A DNA stretch of 57,051 bases, counting the filler, from Sphacelaria rigidula (taxonomy: Eukaryota): the NCBI GenBank assembly GCA_964200075.2. It is 5 parts of 5 records of this genome, joined end to end, with 100 filler letters (N's around TTAATTAATTAA, not from the genome) between each part and the next. Parts side by side here need not be neighbours in the genome. Positions count along the whole stretch, not along the records: positions 34,293 to 45,622 come from CAXNAA020005053.1; positions 45,723 to 57,051 come from CAXNAA020005054.1; 3 more parts are not named here. The stretch is one strand, 5' to 3'. Of this stretch, positions 36,201 to 48,864 are shown piece by piece (position 1 is the stretch's first letter; every line of letters begins with the position of its first letter). The position numbers were made by a program, and so were the translations under genes. The notes below the pieces were generated by a model. The model did not search any database. It was not told the origin of the DNA and worked only from the letters and a program-made list of their open reading frames with translations.

Positions 36201-37005
36201 TTATACGGGTTGACTCGCCATGAACGTTGAGTGCGAATCATGCACCAAGAATCATCCGGTATGAATCACGGGTGGTAAATAGAGACAGCGTTTTTCCCTT
36301 TCGATAATATGGAGGCGGTGTTTTTGAAAGTTAGACGTGAAGAAAATCCGCACCTCGCTTGTGATGACGCCGAAACTTGGAGGATGTGTTGATTGGTACT
36401 ACAGCAAGGTGTCGGAGCCGCGGCCGTGACTGCGCAAGGCGCTGAGGGCCCGGTCTGCATCCAAAGGGTGGATTCCGAGTGGTTTCTCCGCAGGGCTGCA
36501 TATTTTTCCCGAAGATGTGCACTGTCGGCGCATCCGAATGAAGCATGCAATGAACAGTACCCAGTAATCCTCACCTGCTAACCCGTGTGGCCCCGGTACA
36601 ATGTGTATGTTCACAAGTTCGTATGTTGGCTGTAGCAACCCGGGCATATGGAACATCAAGTATGTATATTTTACTCCGGGTGTTTTTTTTTAAGATGAGA
36701 TGTGCACTGTTGGCGCATTCGAATGAAGTATACAATAAACAGTGTTCAGTTGTGCCAGCGGCTGTATGGACGATTGTTTTCGTATTTTGAGGTTGTACAC
36801 TCATGCGCGGCGGGGAAAACAAACAAACAAGATACAGCCAAATGCCCGATTGGTTCATCATGACGTTCGGCCGGCGTCAGACGAAAATTTCCGGAGAAGA
36901 GTCATTGACGTGTACGTTGCCGGCGTTGAAGCACGGGTATCTCCCGCACGCCTGCTCGAGCATCAGCTGAATGACTTTTGCGACCCGTTTATTCTATATA
37001 AATTT

Positions 37006-38299
37006 CAAGGGTAGGTCGAGTAGAGTATTGAAAGCCGTACATAACGTACTCGAAATTTGAGTAGAGTATCGGAGGCCGTACTCGACCTACTCAAAATTTG
37101 AGTAGAGTACTGAGGTCATTCTCAAGTGATACTCTATACTCAAGTTTAACTGAGAGTGCTTGCTCAATCTTTGAGTAGAGTATTTGAGGCCATACTCGAC
37201 TTACTCAAACGTCGAGTAGAGTATCGGGGGCCGTACTCGACCTACTCAAAATTCGAGTGGAGTATCTGAAGCCGGATCCGATGTACCGAAAACCTATAAC
37301 TTCAACTCGGGTAGAGGAAATACCGACGTATTCCTAAGTTGCCCACATATGATGAGTGTTGATTAAAGGTCAAACTGTCTTATCAAACCGTTGCCAGTAG
37401 AGTCGCTCATTTTGATAATACCTACTCGACTACTCGACTACTCGATAACGCGATGATGATGAGTAGCTCTGTACTGGAAGTGATATCGAAGGCGTTAAGA
37501 GGAATCGAGTATAAACTACGGGGGGAAGGGGCTGGTGAGATGGGGCGCTGGGGCAAGTAGGTTCGTTCCCCTGCACGCTTGTTATCTTTTTATGGCCATC
37601 ATTCGCTTGTACTCCTTGTTGGCTGTTGCCGTCAATCTAATTGATGGCCATCGTTCGCCCATGCATTCAACATAGTCTATGAAATGACGTCACGAAGTCG
37701 CCGACTGTGAGGGGTACTCGATACTCAATTATTACTGAGAGTGCTTACTCAAAATTTGAGTAGAGTATTTGACACCATACTCAACCTACTCAAAATTTGA
37801 GTAGAGTATTGAGACCATACTCAACCTACTCGAAATTTGAGCAGAGTATTTGAGGTCGTACTCGACCTACTCAAAAGTTGAGTAGAGTATTGAGGTCATA
37901 CTAAAGTGATACTCTGTACTCAAGTATCACTGAGAGTTCTTACTCAATCTTTGAGTAAAGTATTTGAGGTCTTACTCGACCTACTCAAAAATTGAATAGA
38001 GTATTTGAGGCTGTACTCGACGTACTCAAAATTTAAGTGAAGTATTTGAGGCCATACTCGACCTACTCACACTTTGAGTAGAGTATTGAGGTCATAATTA
38101 AGTGATACTCTATACCCAAGTATAACTGAGAGTGCTTACTAAATCTTTGAGTAAAGTATTTGAGGTCTTACTCGACCTACTCAAAAATTGAGTAGAGTAT
38201 TTGAGGCCCTACTCGACCTACTCAAACGTCGAGTAGAGTAAATACTTGAGTATTTTACTCGAGTACTCAAAAGTACATACTCTACTCGACCTACCCTTG
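37006..38299. mobile_element. 1.3-kb non-autonomous hAT-like element with palindromic ~41-bp arrays
   Basis: Perfect 22-bp TIR caagggtaggtcgagtagagta; flanks ataaattt and ataacatt(t); many tactcgacctactcaaaatttgagtagagta units in both arms; no ORF. Confidence 0.85.
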
Positions 38300-38354
38300 A
38301 TAACATTTCTCGTGTGGTAACCTGTAAACCCAGTTGCTCTGCACACATGGCGTG

Positions 38355-38530
38355 ATGACTGGCCTGTATGATCCGTGCGATTCGTACATATCTGTCCGAT
38401 GATGACCTGTATGACCCGTGCGATCCGTACATATATGTCTGATGATGATCTGCATGACCCGTGCGATCCGTACGAGTACATGTCTGTCTGATGATGATCT
38501 GTATGACCCGTGTGATCCGTACATGATCTC
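38355..38530. repeat. ~40-48-bp tandem repeat (4 units)
   Basis: gatgatgatctgtatgacccgtgcgatccgtac-like unit recurs. Confidence 0.85.
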
Positions 38531-38789
38531 CTTGGGCACACCTATATAATCCGATTCAGGTGTACACGAAACGTCAAGCAGAACCTGTGTATCCTTATAA
38601 CCCGTACAAGATACCTCGCTCTTGACCGATGAGATGTGGATCACGAGGATCGTTCTAAAACTAGTTGAACTGTATCACCCGAATCGGGTACACATGTTTG
38701 TTCACACTTGAGCGGTATGACCTTGATCCTATAGAAAGTGATCCGTCCGAGGTGTGGTACACTCCGAGTAGTATCAGACGAATTAAGAG

Positions 38790-39170
38790 TGCAAAATATG
38801 TACGAATTACACTTCCTGTATGAGTGTTGGGTGGGAAACATGTACACCTGATTCATCTCGTATGAATGGAAGGCAGGGAACATGTACGCTTGATTCACCT
38901 CGTATGGGAGGAAGGCGGAGAACATGTACGTATCATTCATGCTGCATGAACGGAAATTGGGAAAGTTGTACGGGTGATTCACCTTGTACGAATAGAAGGT
39001 GCACAACGCGTGCCTATGATTCATGCGTGGATGGGAGGGGGAGATACGTGTACGCTTGATTCACCTCGTATGGATAGAAGGTAGGAAACATATACCAGTA
39101 TCTATGACTAATTCTCACGAACGCAAGGTGGAATACATGTACAGGAATCACGTGATTTATGCTGTATGAA
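38790..39170. repeat. Degenerate 42-bp minisatellite, block 1
   Basis: aacatgtacgcttgattcacctcgtatgaatggaagg-type units. Confidence 0.8.
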
Positions 39171-39619
39171 TCATAGAAAAATGAACAGCTTAAAGGATTA
39201 CTCTGGGCGCGCAGATGCGTGCTGTTCCATGCTGAACCGTACTGCTCGGACTGCAGAGTACGCTGCCGGAGTTTTCCCGAAAATTCCCGCGAGCATGCGA
39301 AGACAACTTGTGCTGGTCCTGTGTTTTTCGCAAGTGTTCGTGGTATTGTATACAGTATGTTCAGCTCAACTGTACCACGTAACACACTAAACCACAAAGG
39401 CTGTTAATAGCATAGCTCGGGGGGGGAAACTGGCTAGAATAAACTCTCTGGGCACGCAGACGCGTGTGTTGTACTATAGCTGATGTCTTGACGTGAGTAC
39501 AAAATTTGAAACTTGGTTTACTGCGGATTTGACTCTTGAGAGGTGCGCGATCTGTACACTCTTATGTGCCTACCCAAAGGGGCCGCGCCACCCAAGAGTC
39601 GCGCCCCATGAAATGACAA

Positions 39620-40080
39620 TTGGGAAACAACATGTTCACATCATTTACTCCGGAGTATATCATATGAAAACAAGGTGGAGAGTATGTACGCGTGATTCGC
39701 GCTGCATGAATGAAACGTGGGAAACAGATGTACTTGATCCACCTCGAATGAATGAAGGGTATTTTAGTGGACATGTACGTATGATTCATGCCGCATGAAT
39801 GGAAATAGGGAAACATGCACGCTTGATTCGCCTCGTATGAGCGGGAGGTTGAGAACACGTGCTTATGATTCATGCTACATCAACGGGAAATGGGGAATAT
39901 GTACCCATGATTCGTGCTGAATGGATGGTAATTGGGAAACATGTACCCACGATTCACACCATACGAATGAAGGGTAGGAAATGGCTACCTTTGACGGTGA
40001 ACCGCACGAATCACGAACTGGGAATGTGTACACTCAAGGTGGTGTCGTGCGAATCACGAACCCAAAACATGTGCAATCCT
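39620..40080. repeat. Degenerate 42-bp minisatellite, block 2, same family and orientation as block 1
   Basis: gggaaacatgtac..tgattca...cg(c/t)atgaatg units. Confidence 0.8.
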
Positions 40081-41899
40081 CAACTTGTGTTTTGAATCGT
40101 CTGATTGATTCGTCCAAACGTCGAATATGAGTCGAATCGCGATTTTATTCGTCCGAGCCGTGGAAGGTTGTGCGTATTGGTGATGAAAACGTAGTGTCGA
40201 AGCAAAATTTCAGCGCCCAACTTCTCGAATTACCCACAGCCGGGCCCGGAAAGACTCAAAAATCACTGTAAGCCGGCCCAGCTTGTAGTATCACACATGA
40301 TACCAGTGTTACGCCGAAAGAAAGAACAATATATGTATGATTCGGAACAGAATCCGACATCTTTTCGCCCCGATACACACGCACACACAACGCAACCCCA
40401 GATTCAGCAAGATGAGGTTATTTGTTGCCCATGGTCTACATGACATGCGGGCGAAGTGTCAGCGCGTAAAAGTGCTGACAGCGCTTGCACGGCCTTTCGT
40501 CCTGAAGTGAGTACCTCTTCGGACAATATGAAGATTTGTACCGCACAGAATGTCATGATCCGGAATGTGTGCCACTACAGATCGATGTCTGTTTGACGGC
40601 ACAGAAGCTGTGTAATAGGTCATGACGCGGATGTAAGCGCACCAGCGTGTCAACATATGCATCCAGCGGTGTCTCACGCAGGCTGGGCTGCAGAGACGCC
40701 GTTTTGAGGCCGTATGCGCGACATAACCCGAAATCCGTGTTCGCTCTGTTCTTCATGCGCGCCACCCATCACGTGGGGCCGAAGAGCGTATGTGCTGTGT
40801 GTTGTGCTACACCTCTGTACCAAGTTTTAAGCCTGATGGTGAGGACAAAAAGTAACGGTTCAAAAGTGGAAAATGCAGTCGAATGCAGCACGCACCCGTC
40901 GAAAGATACATGAGGTGCAGTTACGCCGCATATCACAGATGCGGTGAGTTACCACCGCCCTATTTTCACCCCTCCATTCACCCGCCACCCAGTACGATGG
41001 CAACTAGTGCAGGGTCCGCGAACGTGTCGAGTCTTGGGTGCGATAGCTCACCCTCCGATGGTTTCTCGTACCAATGGTGTTTACAGCAAGAAGCACTGCG
41101 GGCTGAGGCATCGCGCAGATGCGAAACTGCACCCCAGTGTGGGTGTCTGTCCACGCGAAATATTCAGTCGATGCCGTCACGAAGGTCGGGTTCAAGGAAC
41201 GCCTCTTTGTCGTATTGCTTTGTTGTACCCACGGAAAATATCTCTGTTTGGGCACTTACCGCGTGTAAGAAAGTGTTTCGGTGAAAATCGCCTGTTTCAC
41301 CCTCCCGAATTATCCCGAAGATGAGGATCAGGCAGAGGTCGACACCTCGGGACGATCGTATCTCTTCGGTGATACTGTTCCGCAGCGATTTTTCCGTTCA
41401 AGGGTTATGTCACGGTTCTAGTCGTGGCCGACTTGCTATCTCAGCAAGAAGCGGTCAACCCAATAACATACATGGAAGCAAAAAACAACGATCTTGTTTT
41501 TAACAAAAACTAAACAGTGTTTTGAACAACTTGATCGTTTGTTACTGGAATTGCAACTCCGGCCGTCAACAAAACTGTCGCGTACACGATACGCAAAGGT
41601 GCTCGGGTGTTCATTCCTCTTGTCACGTGACCGTCCCTGTTATGCACAGTGCGGGTTCCACCACAAATGAAGCCTTGCGGGGTTCTCGAGGTCCTCTACA
41701 ACATTCGCCCAATCCTCTCGTCGGCTGAAAATTGTCAGCGGAATGTGAACAGCTAACCACATGAATGTTTGACACCTCACAAACGACTTTGGGGTCAAGG
41801 CTTAACGGTAGGTTTTTCGGTGGGCTTTGTGAAGAACGAAATATAACGTTTGTCGGATATTGCAGTTCCGCAATAAGTAAAACACGTACATAGACCAAC

Positions 41900-43100
41900 C
41901 CCGGCGAAAAACAGTCATGGCGTATTTTTTCCAGGTGATACTAGCCCCGTTATAGTCCGGGGCCTTCACTGCATACATCCCCGAAATGCACACTGAAGAC
42001 AAGATGAAGCCCAAAAAATCCGATGATATGAGATCGCAAGAGGTCCAGATAATGATACTATGTGTTCGGGAAGGAGAAGGCATGACTCTCGCAGTCTAGC
42101 GTCGGATGTTTCTTCTATTTCGAGAGAGTAACATATTGGAGGAGCCTGCACAAGTACCGGTATCCCTTGAGAAACGCACAACGTCCGCAGGAAGAACACC
42201 CGCCCTCAACACTCAATACCCTGATGATATGACCACTGCATCCTTCGCAGCGGCGGGCGGTTCAGGCCGCAAAAACGTTCGGGAAGTTGTCGACCGCCCA
42301 CATCAACACGCTCGATGCGCCGGCATCGTTCGATACCCAACAAATCCTCGGACTTTCTACGGGAAGAAAAAACGAGAGGAAATCGCGCCCGTTGACCCCT
42401 CCACCCCCGCCGCCGCGGGCACATCTGCAGAAATTGCACGGAGATGCCACGCGCATAATGTGAAGGACAACCGGTCCTTTATTGAGCCCACATTGCATCC
42501 TACGGTAAACGTGGTCTCCATCCATCCGCGATGCAGCCCTTGGCAGCCTCACGGTCTGGGTTTGCCGCTGTTGGTGCACCTGAGGCGAAATGTAGCGCAC
42601 ACGGTGATGAATAGACGACGAGAGGGTCAGCGAGCCTGAGTCGTGTTCCGCACCTGTGTTTCTCGGCCGCCAATGGGTTACACCCGCACAGAAGACGATT
42701 GATCCTCCCCGTGGAGCCGATGCGCGCGTGTTCCGAGAAGTTGACGGCAACATTGGCCTTCGTCACGGGCGTTTGCGCGTGTTGAGACGTCGTACTCCAA
42801 CCGCGATCGCTGAACTCCACGTGCGCCATGGACTCCTCCATACCCCCCATCCAATATTCCAACACAGCTCCAGCTCGCTGCGCTTGGAAGCGAAGCACAT
42901 CCGCGGGCGGCACGAGGTCTGTTGGCCTCCTGACCCCCAATTTCCACCCCAAAAATCTCACCCAATTCACCAAGAGTGTCACTTTGCCCCCCGCCAGTTT
43001 GTGGAGGATATACTCCGTGCTGGTGCCGCTGCCGTCAGTCGAATATCTGCGAGGCTTCCGGGCGCCACCTGCTGTCGGTGTTGATGACGGCGGCGATGGA
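41900..43100 (-). pseudogene. Possible decayed DNA-transposon or transposase-like coding relic
   Basis: GC-rich coding-like fragments in changing frames (RMDGDHVYR, WAVDNFPN, VLVQAPP); no firm family assignment. Confidence 0.22.
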
Positions 43101-45622
43101 AAAATCGAGATAATGGAGCGTGCGGTGCAGTATGCCTGGAGGTGGTTCTCGCATGTGACCGTTCGTCTCTGAACACCACTCACGCCGGGAACATGGCCTG
43201 AGGCAATCGTCGACGGTATTACACAACATCTACCCGACCGGCCGCGAACGTTGCAAGCGCCTGTCATGTGGCATGGGGAACACGCGGGCTTCTACCGTGG
43301 TGAAGAGGAGCATGTACGAGTAACCGCCGCAAGGCGGAGAGCATGATACAAGGCGGAGAGTGAAAAATGGCGGGTTATCGTGGGATGAGACGGATTCGGT
43401 ACATCTCACCGGTGTCTCAGGTGTGTGTGATTGTCCTTCGTCAGAGAGCTCATCTAATGGCCTGGGATCCCCACGGCGCGTGTCCATGATCACAGAGCTG
43501 CGACAAACACGGAACAGTGATGAAGGCAGGCAGGATTACGCACTCGAGTGCGATTGCCAACATCACCCATGCGCTGCCGATCCGCCGTTGAGCGAATCAC
43601 TCATATTTTTCGTTGATATCTCAGGGGTGGGGGGTGAGGTTTGAGGGGTGGGCGAGAGTTTTGCCCAGCGATGGAAGCTCACAGAGCCGGTAGACCGCTG
43701 TGAAAAAGTACATGTGCGATGGAGGAGCATGACGCAACACAACAAGTCGTCGTAGCACTATTTTTGGGCTGGAGCCTCATTTTGGCACTTGGCATCCTCC
43801 TGTATGCAGAGAGTCAGAAAGCTATGCTGTCTGTTTGTCGCGTTGCTCGCTTCTTTTCCACATCGCGCCTGCGTGCTGTGCGAAACACACACACACTATG
43901 TGGACAGCACGGGCACGCTTGTACAGTCTGTACTGTCTGCACTCTACTGTTCATTAAATGTAGGTGAAGAAGTACCGCTTCACGAATTTCGCTCAGCCTT
44001 TTCGATTCAAAGCGTGCAACTTCGCTCGGACCCGAACATAGTGAAACGAACTGAATCAGTTCCGCTGCACGAACTCGTTCAAGTCGAAAAAGTTCGGTCG
44101 TTTTTTTTTGCCGGTCTCATGGGTCCATCGCATTTATGTTTCTTGAAGGCTTCAACTCAAAATTATAATTAGCGACGCGCGGAGAAGAATGAGGTACAAG
44201 CTGAGCCGGTAAATCCCACATTCTGTATCTACGCTACAACTTCTCAAGTTTACCAAATCAGCGCGACTTGAGCATATCGCTGTGAACTGCAGGCTAACCT
44301 GGTTATACACGGCACCGCCGCTGCTTGGTTGGCGCCGTTTTGGCGATGATGTTTTTGTACTGCATTGAGTACCGGGTATGTATTTTGCTATTGCCTGACA
44401 ACGTGCCTGGAGACGTTTCGTTTCAGAAAATGCGGTGGAATTACGGTAGTCAGTTGCGCCGCATAGGCACACGCACACCCGACATGCCCAGGCAAGAGCA
44501 CACTGGTCGTGCTGCAAGATGGCATCAAGCTCGTCATGAGCTCTATAATGGGAGAGAACCTCCGAGCCAAATGTCGTATATCACCGCCCGAGGGAGAAGT
44601 ACTACTTGAAACTGCGCTATACCCCCCCAAAACCAAGGCCGTCAACAAAATATCGAGACCCTGTGCAACCCAGAGGTACGACAGATAATGCACGACTAGT
44701 GTGCACAAAACGTGTTTATCGTGTCGGGATTCGATCTAATGACCTGTGTAATTTGAGGCTGTTGTATCAGTTTGACCACCGAGATGACACAAAAAGTGCG
44801 ATGCTAAGCCCAATTTTACGTATTTTTAGCTGAAACTTTATAAGGATGTGGGTGACGCGAGTGCTCGTATGTGCCGGAGCGTTGTCATCGTTTTTATCAA
44901 TTTTTGAGGAAGTCATAGCATTTTCCCTGTTTTTGCTGAAACTTCAACCCGCTCTAACTTCATTTTTTTTTTTCCCCGTGACACCCCTCACAGGGTTGCG
45001 CGGATTGATAATAAAAATGTCGTGTCAAAATTTTAGCGCCTTACCCTTCAAAATGCCAATAGCATCTCCACTCCCCGTTTAAAAATACTGATGGCCGGCC
45101 CAGCTTGTAAAAAACAATCGTTCTCGATCGGAAACATATGGTCGAAAGGCACGACGTGGCACTTGACTCCTATCTTACAGATCACTACGCCGAATAACAC
45201 CTGTTCACAGGACCATGCAAACTCCATCCAACTCATTCTCAGCTACCACCGCAACCCTGCAGCATAGAGCACGAGTTGAGCACAGGGATAGATACACTGC
45301 AGTAGCTGGGTATGCTTTTTATTTTTTGTTGGCGAGAACTTGCACATCTTCCCTCATGGTAGGTATTAGCGACGGAACTGCGTGCGGTACGGTGGGCAGC
45401 CGAGTTGCGTGCACGCTCATGGACAGTGCAGGCAGTACAAAGCTGCACGTTGCTGAAGTCCTCTTAACGTCGCGTTGTAAGCAGAGAGAAATGATGGTCC
45501 TGGCCTGTCTGCAAAGCAAGTTGCCCGCTCCTCCTTTACGTTCTTCTATGGGAGATATCTCTTTGCAGTGACATATCAGAGACTGATGTTACACATGTAT
45601 ACAGACCCAGTGCAAGCAGGGA

Positions 45623-45722
45623 NNNNNNNNNNNNNNNNNNNNNNNNNNNNNNNNNNNNNNNNNNNNTTAATTAATTAANNNNNNNNNNNNNNNNNNNNNN
45701 NNNNNNNNNNNNNNNNNNNNNN
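45623..45722. other. Artificial contig spacer
   Basis: N44-TTAATTAATTAA-N44. Confidence 0.98.
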
Positions 45723-47484
45723 AAGCACTGTTCTAGGCTTGAACCTCATCTCGGAGTTAAACCTCAATTCGCACAACTTGTTGTTTCATGACTCTTGGAC
45801 CTCACCCGGAATATTTCAGGTGACAAATTCTTTTATGCTTCTCGATTACCCTGGATTTTCGGTCGGCCCAACGATGTTGGGTGGTGTAGAAGCCAAGCTG
45901 ACGCCCAGGAAACAAACTATTCCCGACTTCGTGTCATTCAACGTAAGAAAGTGTTGTTGTTAGCTCGGGACGTAGTGCGAATCTCACCATGAAGAGTTCT
46001 TGGATCACTTGAACTTCCCTTTGTCTAATACTTTACTCCTTGACCGCGACGGTGGGTGTTCTGTTGAATCAGTATCAATTTCACTTCAAAAAGTGATGCA
46101 TGGGCCAGATAACACGTGATTTCACAGATTGGGGATGGATCGTTCATTGGGGATGAGAACATGGAGGATTTGAATCTTTGCATCTAAACCAAATCTTCGA
46201 AACATCGTCCCACTTCTTCACTTGCTGGTAGCTATCGACAACTACTGCTGTAGTCTTCACACATTAAAAACCGTTCCGATATCAGCGCTGTACATTCGTA
46301 CTGGGCATCTGATGCGGACGCCTTCCGTGGTCACAGGCTAGCTACCTGTAATGAGGTACGGGGAAATCAAACAAAACCAAAAAATTGGTTCTGCACCTAG
46401 AACTCTAACATTTCGGTTTTTTACAAAATCCAAATTTGTAGGACGTGTAGTAGTGATCAACAGCTACCAGTAAGTGAAGAAATGGGAACATATTTCGTAG
46501 ATTTGGTTTCGATACGAAGATTTCAACTGTCCGGGTTCTCATCCCCAATAAAAAATCTATCCCCAATTACTGAAATCACGCGTTACATTACCTACCCTCG
46601 CTGTAAAATGCACCCTGGAGGGAACGCTGTTGGCGATCCGAGCCCAATCGCTCCTGATTCCGACCACCAATCCATACAATGAACACCCCGTCACTTCAGC
46701 GCGTAAGGCTGTGGACATACGTTTTTCGCACTGGACTTTAAGGATAAGTATCACCAGCTTGTGCACTGCATGATGATCAGGTTACATCACCTCATGTGAC
46801 GTCACCGGTGGCGCCCCGTGCCCTTGCAACTGCTTCAATTATGTTCCTCGCCTATTACACCGTACAGTCTGTTTTCTCCTTTCTACGCTCCTTCTACAGC
46901 ATACGGGGTGAACGCACTACTAACCACATCTTGAGGTGACAATTTCCTCAACAACAAAGTAGCAACACTCGGTTTCACAGCTCAAGCACATCATATTCAC
47001 ACAAACTAACTAACGTCTCGCTCCCAACCCATTTCTGATCTCGAGTACATCTCACCACCTGAAAAATCAAAACTCGCAAAGCTCATTCTCAACATGTTGA
47101 CAGTTGTGAAGAGACTTTAAATCTGTTGAGGGACGAAAAAAGAAGATACAAAACTGCGTGGGAGACGGTAGGACCTCGGGGAGGTTTCCGCCAATAAAAC
47201 AGACAGCTCACAGGACACTGTGGGTATGTATGCATACAGGTACCTGAGCGCGCTGACAGAAGTGACTGGTGGCAAGTACAGAACCAATGCCAGAGAGTAG
47301 GGTTTCAGAGAAGACTGGCATTGACCAAAACCGTACGGAAAATACGAAACTACGGCTCACATGGCCTGTACGTGTGCTGTTGATAAAGATGCAGCAACTC
47401 GATTACGAACAACAAAAGCATAGTCCAAAATCAGCAACTAACGACACAACAATCATGATTCCCAAACTTGTACAACGACACACT

Positions 47485-47795
47485 TCAGCTCTGTCCACAG
47501 CCACCCGTCCGAGCTAAACCCCGTGCCCTCCGGCGGCGGCGTTTCTTGGCCATGCATCGACGGCCACCTACAACGTCCAACACCCACGCATTCATTGTGG
47601 AGTGGCCACGGGGCACCAAGCCTCCTATAAACATAAGGCCTCGTGAACACGGCACGGCGGCGTGGCCTGTCATGCGTAGGCCGTGCCACATTCCCCCCAC
47701 GTGCGATGCGTGCTTGGCGAATGCCTCTGCACGCGGGAAGCGCACGAAGGACTGGAGCTCGGTGTCGAAGCACGACAGCCCGGCGGTGTAGCGTT
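47485..47795 (-). CDS. F-box/Kelch protein, last exon
   Basis: Acceptor ctccag|AA; RYTAGLSCFDTE...MTGHAAVPCSRGLMFIGG...AWVLD, basic tail KKRRRRR, then TGA. Confidence 0.8.
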
Positions 47796-48434
47796 CTGGA
47801 GGAGTGCCACCAGCGAAGCATGGAAAAGGAGAGAAGCGGTCAGGACGGGAAGACTGATGTGAGTTAGCTGTACCACGATACTCGAAATGGATCACACGCG
47901 ATCATGGTGCAACCATTGGCAAAAGACGACCAAAACGTCCTGCACCATAATACCAACCACGTCGTTTGTCCAACATGCGATTACCACAGGCGCCTGAACG
48001 CCTCTGCCAAAAACGTGCAGCGTGCGCGTAGAACGTGAGAAATGTTAATATTCTCGCCAAGGGGGCGGTTGGATCGCGCTCGCGCTGAAACCCTACAATC
48101 AGCAATACAGAGGCGACGCAGAATGGATGCCAAAACGCACACGCCATGCACGGTAGCCTGAACAAAGTAATCAAACATCATACAGCGAAGGTACCACATG
48201 GCGATGCTCGAACGAAGGATTCGTTGCCACTCTGCCTTGGTGCTCGAAAAGAACCACCCGCCCAGCCCAAAAATGGAAGTCACTGAAATCGACAGTCATT
48301 TCTGCCCCCCAAAAATACTCACTACTGGATCATCAACGTGAACCAAGGCCTGCATCGTTACCCAGTTCACTGGGACGAAACTTTCGGCTTGAATGGACGA
48401 GGGTGAAAGCTGGTACCGAAATACGCAATCTTGC

Positions 48435-48591
48435 CTGTGTTGAAGTTCCGACCACCGTAAATAAGGATGCGGTTTCCCATGGCCACCGCACTGTGACCAA
48501 TTCGCGGCAGCGGAAAGTCTGGTGTGTTGGGAATTTGTCGCCAAGAGCTCCCCGGGTGAAGATCGACAGCCCACATGTCGTTGAAAACGCT
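48435..48591 (-). CDS. F-box/Kelch protein, Kelch exon with probable GC donor
   Basis: tttcag|SVFNDMWAVDL...PLPRIGHSAVAMGNRILIYGGRNFNT; ends AG|GCAAG. Confidence 0.85.
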
Positions 48592-48864
48592 CTGAAAGAT
48601 CCAAGACGAAAATATATCGAGACACCAACATGCCACCAATCGGAGCAAGTACGGGCGAAGGGAATGAGGCTCAAGAAGTACAAAACACCTAATCCTTGAT
48701 CGATAATATGAGCGAGTGAAGGTGGCGCCAATCTAACTCATTCCGACGCATTTTGGATCTTCCCTGCGACGTAATCTACACAGGGTTGGCGGTGTGTCAG
48801 CATGGAGCAAAGTAGAGGTAACGGGCGATCAATAATTTTGGTATCGTCGTCACCGAAATCACAC

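Noticed and set aside
37006..38299. CRISPR-like array of palindromic repeats
   Set aside because: No unique spacers and no cas genes; units are contiguous, degenerate and enclosed by TIRs in eukaryotic DNA
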